DNA from: Planctomycetota bacterium
Lineage (GTDB): Bacteria > Planctomycetota > B15-G4
Assembly: GCA_038212275.1 (NCBI GenBank)
Contig: JBBQUR010000011.1
Coordinates: 64,001 to 128,000, forward strand
Reading direction: 5' to 3'
Length of the DNA: 64,000 nt
Position numbers and translations under genes: made by a program. Position 1 is the stretch's first letter. The number at the start of each line of letters is the position of its first letter. A model generated the notes under the pieces. It was not told where the DNA came from and searched no databases. It worked only from the letters and a program-made list of their open reading frames with translations. This document shows, piece by piece, positions 57,213-64,000 of the stretch.

Positions 57213-57845
57213 TCAGGCGCCGCCTGCCGACTCGCCTCCGTCCATCACCTCGGCCAGCGCGGCCAGCGCGCGGAACAGGCGCAGGCGCGCCGCGCCCTCG
57301 CTGCAGCCGAGGCGCTCGCCGATCTCCGCGTGCGACAGGCCGACCAGTCGCGCGAGCACGACGACCTCGCGCTCGTCCTCGGTCAGAAGCAGGAAGCCGC
57401 GCTCGATGCGTTCGAGCGACTCGCGGCCCATCGCGGCCTCGCTGGGCGTGCACATCGTGCGGTAGACGTCGGCGAGGCGGCCCTCGTCGTCCGAGTCCTG
57501 GCCCGCGCCGGGCGCCTGCTCCCGCGCGGGGTTCCGCTTGGCGGCCCCCCAGTATTCGGCGCGGTCGAGGAGCTTGCGCGTGGCGGCCTCGTAAAGCCAC
57601 GCCTTGAAACCCGCCTCGCCCCCGTAGTGGAAGTGCCCGATGTTCTGCAGCACGTCGCGGCACGCGGACTGCACGATGTCGCTCGCCGATTCCTTGGCGC
57701 GCAGCACGGGCCCGCAGCGCAGCCGCACGTAGGCGCGCAGCCCGGGGACGTGCCGTGCCAGCAATTCCTCGACGGCCGGGAGGTCGCCGCGACTGGCACG
57801 CTCCACGAGCGGCCCGCTGTCGTTGGCCGGGCCGCGCGCGTTCAC
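57213..57845 (-). CDS. ECF sigma factor, kinase-associated type
   Basis: ESASDIVQ in region 2, F.AWL, TPS..A, REVVVL....GLSHAEI. Confidence 0.9.
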   Translation of the reverse strand: MNARGPANDSGPLVERASRGDLPAVEELLARHVPGLRAYVRLRCGPVLRAKESASDIVQSACRDVLQNIGHFHYGGEAGFKAWLYEAATRKLLDRAEYWGAAKRNPAREQAPGAGQDSDDEGRLADVYRTMCTPSEAAMGRESLERIERGFLLLTEDEREVVVLARLVGLSHAEIGERLGCSEGAARLRLFRALAALAEVMDGGESAGGA

Positions 57846-57889
57846 CTAGACTCTCCCGCGGTCGTGCAGCGGCTCGAGGAGGCTCCGGC

Positions 57890-60800
57890 GTGGAGAGCAA
57901 GGACAACCCCGACAGCGCTGGCGCTCCGCTGCGCGAGCTGGTCGTGCAGTGCCTGGCGCGCATGGAGCAGGAAGGGCCGGCCGCCCTCGAGGCGCTGTGC
58001 AGCGAGCACCCCGACCGGGCCGCGGCGCTGCGCTCGCTGGTCGGTCGCCTCGGCGACGTCGGCCTGCTCGGAAACCGGTTGCTGGACGGCACCCGCCCGC
58101 ACGGCAGCGGCGGCGACGACGACCGCTTCCCGGAGCGCCTCGGCGAGTTCCGGCTCATCGCGCGCCTCGGCGGCGGCGGCATGGGCGTGGTCTTCCTGGC
58201 CGAACAGACCGCGCTGCACCGGCAGGTCGCGCTCAAGCTCATCCGCCCGGAGCTGCTGTACTTCAGCGGCGCACGCGAGCGCTTCAGGCGCGAGGTCGAG
58301 GCGGTGGCGCGGCTGGCTCACCCGGGCATCGTACCGGTGCTCACCGGCGGCGAGGAGGGGGGCATCCCCTGGTTCGCGATGGACCTCGTGCAGGGTGCGA
58401 CACTGCACGAATTGCTCGACGCGCTCTCCGGCCACGAGCCCGCCCGGCTGACGGGTGCCGACCTGCACCGCGCTCTGCTCGAGTTGATGGCGGCGCGTCC
58501 GGCGAACACGACACCGGCCACGGCAGGCGCCGCAACGCCTTCGGGCGAGGCTGCCCGGCGCCTCTTCGGCGGCTCCTGGTCGGCGGCCTGCCTGCACATC
58601 GCGCAGGCGGTGGCCGAGGCGCTGCAGCACGCGCACGAACGCGGCGTGCTGCACCGCGACGTGAAGCCCAGCAATGTGATGCTCACGCCCGACGGCCGCG
58701 TGCTGCTGCTCGACTTCGGCCTGGCTCAGGCAGCGGGCAGCACGCGCGTCACGCGCACCGGCAGTCACCTCGGCAGCCTCGCCTACATGTCCCCGGAGCA
58801 GGCGCGCGGCGACCACGCCGCCATCGATGCGCGCAGCGACGTGTATTCCCTTGGCGCCTCGCTCTACGAGATGCTGGCCCTGCGCGCGCCGTTCTCGGGC
58901 GCCGACGAGGAGGACACGCGTCGCCGGATTCTGGAAGGCCGCTGCCCGGCGCTGCGCGACCTGAACGCGGCCGTGCCGCGTGATGCGGAGACCGTCTGCC
59001 AGGCGGCCATGGCGCTTCAGCCGGCAAGGCGATACGCGACCGCAGCCGCCTTCGGGCAGGACCTCGGCGCGGTGCTCGCCCTGCGCCCCATCGCGGCGCG
59101 TCGCCCGGGCGCGGCGCACAAGCTGCTCCGCTGGACGCAGCGCAACCCGGCCGGCGCGGCTGCCGTCGTGCTGCTCGCGCTGCTGCTGATCGGCGGGCCG
59201 CTCGGCTACGCCCTCGTGCAGCAACGCGCGGCCGAGACCGAGAAGTCGCTCAACGCGGAGCTGCATGCCACGAACACCCGGCTCGACGCGACCCTGCAGG
59301 ATCTGCAGCGCTCGCTGGCCGAGGAGCAGCGCCAGCGCCAGCTCGCCGAGCGCTCCTTCGACCGCACGCTCTCCGCGGTCGACGAGATGCTCACGACGGT
59401 CGGCGCCGACGACCTGCGCGGCGTGCCGCAACTGGAGCCCGTCCGCCGCAAGCTGCTCGAGCGCGCGCTGCAGTTCTATCGCGAGCTGGAGGCCGACTAC
59501 CCCGTCGATGCCGGCCTGCGTCGCGAGCAGGGCCGCACGCACCGATCGATCGCGATGCTCCTTCGTGAACTGGGCCGTGACGACCAGGCACGTCCGCTCT
59601 TCGAGGAATCGCTGGCCGAACTGCAGGCGCTGGTCGCTAGCCCCGGCGCGACGCCCGAGGCCCGGCACGAGTACGCCGCCGCGCTCTGCGAACTGGCCAG
59701 ACTGGACTACCAGCAGGCGCGCAACGACGACGCCGCGCTGCACTGGGGCGAAGCGGCCGAACTGCTCGAACAGCTCGCGGCCGAGGTCACGGTGCCTCCG
59801 GAGTGGGTCTTCGACCACGCGAGCGCGCTCGTCGGCCTCGGCCTGCTCGCCAGTCAGGAGGGCGCCGGGCCCCAAGCCCTGGCGCACTACCGGCGCGCCG
59901 CCGACTTGCTGGCGCCCGTGGCTGCGGCCCGGCCGTCGGACACGCAGTACGCCTCGCTCCGCGCCGACGCGCTGAACAAGGCCTCGCTCATCTGCTCGAA
60001 TGCGGGCCGCAACGACGAGGCCACTCGACTGCTGGCCGAGGCGTGGGCCAGCTTCGAGCAACTGCTCGCCATCGATGCGACGGACGACTCGCTGCGCAAC
60101 AGGGCGCTCGAATGCGCCTCGAACTACGGCAATGTCCTGAGCGCGGGCTCCGACCGCGCGCTGGCCGAGGCCACGCTGCAACGAGGCTGCAGCCTGGCGC
60201 GCGGACTCGTCCGCGAATTTCCGGAGAACCCCGACTACGGCATGCGCTGCTCGATCATCGAGCTCAACCTGGTGACCGAGCTGGGCATCCAGGAGCGCTT
60301 CGCCGAGGCGCAGCCGATCGCGCGGGAGGCCGTGACGCGCCTGGAGCGGCTCGCGGCCGAACAACCCGAGCGAAGCGACATCCCCTTCTATCTCGGCGCA
60401 GCGCACGGCATCGCGTCTGCCATTCATCTGTCGCTGGGCGAACTGGACGAGGCGCTGGTCGAGGCGCAATCCGGTGTCGCCTCCGGGCGCGCCTCGCAGC
60501 AGGATTTCCCGGAGGATCCAGGCGTGAGCGGGCAGCTCTCGGCCGCGCTCAGCCAGCTCGCCGACGTGCAGCGCGCGCGGGGCGACCTCGACGAGGCCCT
60601 TGCCACGCTCGACGAGTCACTGAGCCGCGCCGGCCAGCGCCCGGAAGTGCTGTACCAGGCGCTGGAGACGCTGGCGCGCGCCGCCGTCGCCGCACGCGAC
60701 GCCGACGACCGGCCGGCCGGGGAGCGCGATGCGCTGCGCGGCGAGTTCGAGGAGCGCGCGCTGGTCACGCTGCGGGCCGCGCTCGACAGCGGCTACACGG

Positions 60801-60892
60801 ACCTGGAGCGGCTGCGCACGCGACCCGACTTCGCGACGCTGCGCGAGCGCCCCGAGTTTCAGGAGCTCGTCGCGGCGCCGCCACCTGAATGA
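57890..60892 (+). CDS. Ser/Thr protein kinase with TM, coiled coil and TPR region
   Basis: GAGGAGG RBS; LGGGGMGVV, VALK, HRDVKPSN, DFGLA, YMSPEQ, DVYSLG; TPR-like helices. Confidence 0.93.
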   Translation: MESKDNPDSAGAPLRELVVQCLARMEQEGPAALEALCSEHPDRAAALRSLVGRLGDVGLLGNRLLDGTRPHGSGGDDDRFPERLGEFRLIARLGGGGMGVVFLAEQTALHRQVALKLIRPELLYFSGARERFRREVEAVARLAHPGIVPVLTGGEEGGIPWFAMDLVQGATLHELLDALSGHEPARLTGADLHRALLELMAARPANTTPATAGAATPSGEAARRLFGGSWSAACLHIAQAVAEALQHAHERGVLHRDVKPSNVMLTPDGRVLLLDFGLAQAAGSTRVTRTGSHLGSLAYMSPEQARGDHAAIDARSDVYSLGASLYEMLALRAPFSGADEEDTRRRILEGRCPALRDLNAAVPRDAETVCQAAMALQPARRYATAAAFGQDLGAVLALRPIAARRPGAAHKLLRWTQRNPAGAAAVVLLALLLIGGPLGYALVQQRAAETEKSLNAELHATNTRLDATLQDLQRSLAEEQRQRQLAERSFDRTLSAVDEMLTTVGADDLRGVPQLEPVRRKLLERALQFYRELEADYPVDAGLRREQGRTHRSIAMLLRELGRDDQARPLFEESLAELQALVASPGATPEARHEYAAALCELARLDYQQARNDDAALHWGEAAELLEQLAAEVTVPPEWVFDHASALVGLGLLASQEGAGPQALAHYRRAADLLAPVAAARPSDTQYASLRADALNKASLICSNAGRNDEATRLLAEAWASFEQLLAIDATDDSLRNRALECASNYGNVLSAGSDRALAEATLQRGCSLARGLVREFPENPDYGMRCSIIELNLVTELGIQERFAEAQPIAREAVTRLERLAAEQPERSDIPFYLGAAHGIASAIHLSLGELDEALVEAQSGVASGRASQQDFPEDPGVSGQLSAALSQLADVQRARGDLDEALATLDESLSRAGQRPEVLYQALETLARAAVAARDADDRPAGERDALRGEFEERALVTLRAALDSGYTDLERLRTRPDFATLRERPEFQELVAAPPPE

Positions 60893-60913
60893 GGCGCTGC
60901 GCACGCCGGTCGG

Positions 60914-61957
60914 TCAGCGCCGGTACGGAGTGGCCACCGGCCCGGAGCGTCGGCCGACCCACGGCCCGTAGCAGCTGCCGCTCGACGCGGAATTCGACGC
61001 GATCTCGCTGCGCAGCGCGAGCAGCTGCTCGTTCTTCGGGTCCAGCGCCAGGCCGGAGTTCACGGCACCCGATGCGTCGATGTACGACGAGCGCACGTTG
61101 TAGACGTTGGCGAGCTGGATGTCGGCGTTGACGACCTGCGCGACGAGTTCAGTGTTCAACTGCGCGACCGCCTGCGCCAGTCCGGGCGTGTTGCTGTTCT
61201 GCTCGTTCACGCTCTTGAGGCGGGTGAGTCCGTCATTGCCGCTGGACACGCCGGCCTTGAACTTGTCGATGGCCGTGCTCTGGTCGGAGCCCGCCTGCAG
61301 GCCCTCTTTCACGAGCCGCAGGCTGGTCTGGTAGGCCTGCTCGGCCGGCGCCAGCGCCTCCGTGATCTCGGACGACCGCTGCGCCTTCTGCGTCGCCTGC
61401 CGCTGGGCGGCCACGGCCGTGTGCAGCGTCTCCAGCAGCTGGCTGGCCTCCGGGGCGCACGCCGCGTGGGGCACCTCGGTGAGCAGCTGCGACAGGTGCG
61501 TGAAGGCGCCGGGCTTGTCGCCCCCCTGCACGTTCTGCTTCGCCTCGCCCAGCAGGGCGGCGCCGGTGGCGTTGCTCAGTGCGGTCATCTTCGCGTTGAA
61601 CTGGCTTTCCAGCGAGGCATCGGCTTCCACGGCCTGGTGGTAGTGGAGCTTGGCCTGGGCCCACAGCCCGGCAGCCATCGCCTCGTCTCCCAGCAGCATC
61701 TGTCCGTGCCCGTCGGTCTTGTCGATGAGCCCGAGAGAAATCTGGTAGGTCGTTGCCGGCGAAAGCTCCGAGTGGGGCAGACCGAGCTCGAGTCCGGCGC
61801 TCGTGCGGAACATGAGTTCCTTGCCGTTGTCCGAGAGGACCTGACCCGTGTAGGTGTCGCCGGACTTCATCGTGATGACGGTGTCCTGCGCAGCGGCCGT
61901 GGCGGTCAGCGCCAGGCAGAGGCTCCACGCCAGCCCGGCAAGTGCGGTGCGATGCAT
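60914..61957 (-). CDS. Secreted helical/TPR-like protein with small N-terminal beta domain
   Basis: GAGGA RBS; signal ending AAA-Q; DTVITMKSGDTYTG; LALDPKN. Confidence 0.7.
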   Translation of the reverse strand: MHRTALAGLAWSLCLALTATAAAQDTVITMKSGDTYTGQVLSDNGKELMFRTSAGLELGLPHSELSPATTYQISLGLIDKTDGHGQMLLGDEAMAAGLWAQAKLHYHQAVEADASLESQFNAKMTALSNATGAALLGEAKQNVQGGDKPGAFTHLSQLLTEVPHAACAPEASQLLETLHTAVAAQRQATQKAQRSSEITEALAPAEQAYQTSLRLVKEGLQAGSDQSTAIDKFKAGVSSGNDGLTRLKSVNEQNSNTPGLAQAVAQLNTELVAQVVNADIQLANVYNVRSSYIDASGAVNSGLALDPKNEQLLALRSEIASNSASSGSCYGPWVGRRSGPVATPYRR

Positions 61958-61959
61958 GT

Positions 61960-62184
61960 TCAGTTTCCTCCGTTGCCGGCCTTGGGGACGATGATCGGGC
62001 CGCAATGACACTTCGGGTTGTCCGGGTTGGTATGGCCCGACACGCAGACGGGGTTCTGGCAGCCGTGTGCGGCGCTTGCGGTCGTGCCGCAGGTGCACCT
62101 GGGCACACCGGCGCTGCTCGACGACGCGCAGGCGCCCAGGACAAGGAGACCGGCCAGGGCGAGCGTGCGGGTGAGACTTCTCAT
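61960..62184 (-). CDS. Small Cys-rich lipoprotein (74 aa)
   Basis: AGGAG RBS; LGAC lipobox; CTC..HGC....C..GH......CHC. Confidence 0.7.
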   Translation of the reverse strand: MRSLTRTLALAGLLVLGACASSSSAGVPRCTCGTTASAAHGCQNPVCVSGHTNPDNPKCHCGPIIVPKAGNGGN

Positions 62185-62281
62185 CGGACTCCTGAGCCTC
62201 TGTCGAAGCGGGGTGGTCCGCCGGAATTCCATCCGGCGGCGGGGCGCGACTATACCGTCGGACCGCGGGGTGTTGTCCAAC

Positions 62282-63502
62282 TCAGAGATTGGGTGCGAAG
62301 ACGACGGCCATGCTCTCCGCGAAGCGCTGCCAGCGGGGGCGCCGGCCCCACTCGGCGGGCACCACGCGACGCGCACCGGTGAGGTCCCTCGCGAACATGT
62401 CGCGCATGCCTGCGCCGGTGACCGGATCGACGACGACGAGATTCAGCTCGTAGTTGCGGTGCATCGAGAGCGGGTCGAGATTGCTCGAGCCGACGAGCGT
62501 CACCTCGCCGTCCACCACGGCGGTCTTGGCGTGCACCATGACGCCCTCCCACTCGTAGATGTGGACGCCCGCAGCGAGCAACCGCTGGTAGATGCGGCGC
62601 GCCGCTGCGCCGGCCATCGGATGATTGTTGCGGCCGGGAAGAAGCAGGCGCACCTCCACGCCCCGCCGCGCGGCCGCCTCGAAGGCCGACAGCAGGGACG
62701 GCGGCGCCACAAGGTAGGCGTCCGTGATCTCCAGGCTCCGCTGCGCCCGGCCCGCGAGCCAGGTGTAGAGCCCCGCCACGCGCTTCGCCCCCGGCTGGTC
62801 CGCGGCCACCACGGCCACCGGCACCGGGATGTCGTCGCGCGGCACCTCCGGCAGCGCGACGAGTTCCTCGTTCGCACGCCGCCACATGGCCTCGAAGGCC
62901 CAGGCCACGTCCCCCACCACCGTGCCGCGCACCAGCAGCGCCGTGTCGCGCCAGCCGTGGCCACCATGCGTGGAGGGTGACCAGTTGTCGGAGATGCACA
63001 GCCCGCCGACGACGGCGGACTCGCCGTCGACGATGAGCGATTTGCGGTGATCGCGGTGCCGCAGGCGCAACCAGCTCCAAGGCGCCATGGGCGAGAGCGG
63101 CCGGAACGCGCGCACGGTGACGCCGCTGCCGCGCAGCGTGCGGGCGATGGAACCGCCGCGGACCATGAGCGTGCCGACCGGGTCGTAGAGCACGCGCACC
63201 TGGAGGCCGCGCTTCGCCGCGGCAGCGAGCGCCTCCGCGAAACGCCGGCCGGTGGCGTCGCCGGCAAAGATGAAGTTCTCGAAGAGGACGTCGCGCTTCG
63301 CCGAGTCGATGAGTTCGATCATCGCGGGGAAGGCGTCCGCGCCGTCGCGCAGGATGCGCACGTCCGCCACGGGACGGACCGGGGCGCCGGTGAGGCGTGA
63401 CAACTCGCCCATGCTCGCGATCGATGTGTGGTGATCGCCTGCACCGGCTCCTGCGGCGGACTCGGCGCGAGTGGGAGGTGCGGGCGTCATGGCGGGACTC
63501 AT
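62282..63502 (-). CDS. cls: Cardiolipin synthase / phospholipase D family (ClsB-like, no N-terminal TM)
   Basis: Two HKD motifs (DHRKSLIVD, HAKTAVVD), WRDT, GSSNLD; ATGA overlap with upstream gene. Confidence 0.88.
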   Translation of the reverse strand: MSPAMTPAPPTRAESAAGAGAGDHHTSIASMGELSRLTGAPVRPVADVRILRDGADAFPAMIELIDSAKRDVLFENFIFAGDATGRRFAEALAAAAKRGLQVRVLYDPVGTLMVRGGSIARTLRGSGVTVRAFRPLSPMAPWSWLRLRHRDHRKSLIVDGESAVVGGLCISDNWSPSTHGGHGWRDTALLVRGTVVGDVAWAFEAMWRRANEELVALPEVPRDDIPVPVAVVAADQPGAKRVAGLYTWLAGRAQRSLEITDAYLVAPPSLLSAFEAAARRGVEVRLLLPGRNNHPMAGAAARRIYQRLLAAGVHIYEWEGVMVHAKTAVVDGEVTLVGSSNLDPLSMHRNYELNLVVVDPVTGAGMRDMFARDLTGARRVVPAEWGRRPRWQRFAESMAVVFAPNL

Positions 63503-64000
63503 TCGCTGAAAATGGGGCTCGACCACGCGGCGTGGCCGTCCACCTGGATGGCGCGCAGGTAGACCTGATCGCCGGGCTTGCGCGCAGGGTCGCGCCACGT
63601 GATGGTCTGCTGCAAGGCGGCACCCTGCGCGGCCGAGGCCGGAAGGCCGGCGGGCGTCGGCGGGGCCGCGCCGTCCGCTCGAGCGACGACGATGCCGTTC
63701 TTGATCAGCTCCAGGCTCGCGAGGCTCTCCACGCCGAGGGCGATGCCGACGTAGGCCGGGTCACCGGCAGCCTTCCCGGCAGGCGGCACCGGCACGACGC
63801 CCCCCATGCCGGTCGAGCCGAGGCTGAACCAGAGCACGATGCGCGGCCCGCTCGTCGCCCAGCAGCTTCGGGCCAGCAGTGCGGCGTGAATCGCATCGGC
63901 CGTGTTGTCGGCGGCGAGGATCGCCGCGACGCCGCCGCCGGCCGGTGAGCCCAGGTGCACGAGCCCCGGATGGCCGTTGTGAGAGTCTCCCGAACCGACG
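63499..64000 (-). CDS. C-terminal part of a PHP-like metallohydrolase (DUF3604/CehA-McbA-like), truncated by window edge
   Basis: GSGDSHNGHPG, R..WATSG.RI, YLRAIQ.DG..AWSSPIF. Confidence 0.75.
   Translation of the reverse strand, partial: VGSGDSHNGHPGLVHLGSPAGGGVAAILAADNTADAIHAALLARSCWATSGPRIVLWFSLGSTGMGGVVPVPPAGKAAGDPAYVGIALGVESLASLELIKNGIVVARADGAAPPTPAGLPASAAQGAALQQTITWRDPARKPGDQVYLRAIQVDGHAAWSSPIFSE

Noticed and set aside
1..64000. tRNA, rRNA, prophage or IS elements
   Set aside because: None recognised by eye; small RNAs could be missed without covariance-model searches

Overview
Very GC-rich (roughly 70% by eye) bacterial chromosomal window. The TIGR02999-type ECF sigma factors, ECF/Ser-Thr kinase pairs, many sulfatase-like and FG-GAP proteins point to an uncultured Planctomycetota-like organism; this is inference. 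I support about 52 CDS and see no rRNA, tRNA, CRISPR array or transposase. Housekeeping blocks are heme genes (hemN, HemY-type oxidase, hemE), purE-purK coupled to an SbtA/SbtB bicarbonate-uptake pair opposite a winged-helix regulator, a POT peptide transporter with an M28 carboxypeptidase, a GT-C/SGNH/MBOAT/sulfatase-like envelope-modification cluster, two ECF-kinase modules (one with the kinase deleted) and a cardiolipin synthase. The main signal lies at 12.8-35.4 kb. Eight secreted proteins with unrelated passenger domains all have a signal peptide followed by Gln. Six end in a shared ~120-aa domain (PFKGG-type motif), and four of these align without gaps over exactly 121 aa; the other two end in divergent versions. 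Most are preceded by a TG(T/C)CGN-N17-CG motif. This looks like an undescribed C-terminal protein-sorting/surface-display system, possibly under ECF control. Also notable are a 50-aa IxxNQxx heptad microprotein missed by the ORF track, a small Cys-rich lipoprotein, gene relics at 8.5-9.1 kb and many intergenic tandem repeats. Start codons were picked by eye from RBS, overlaps and signal peptides.
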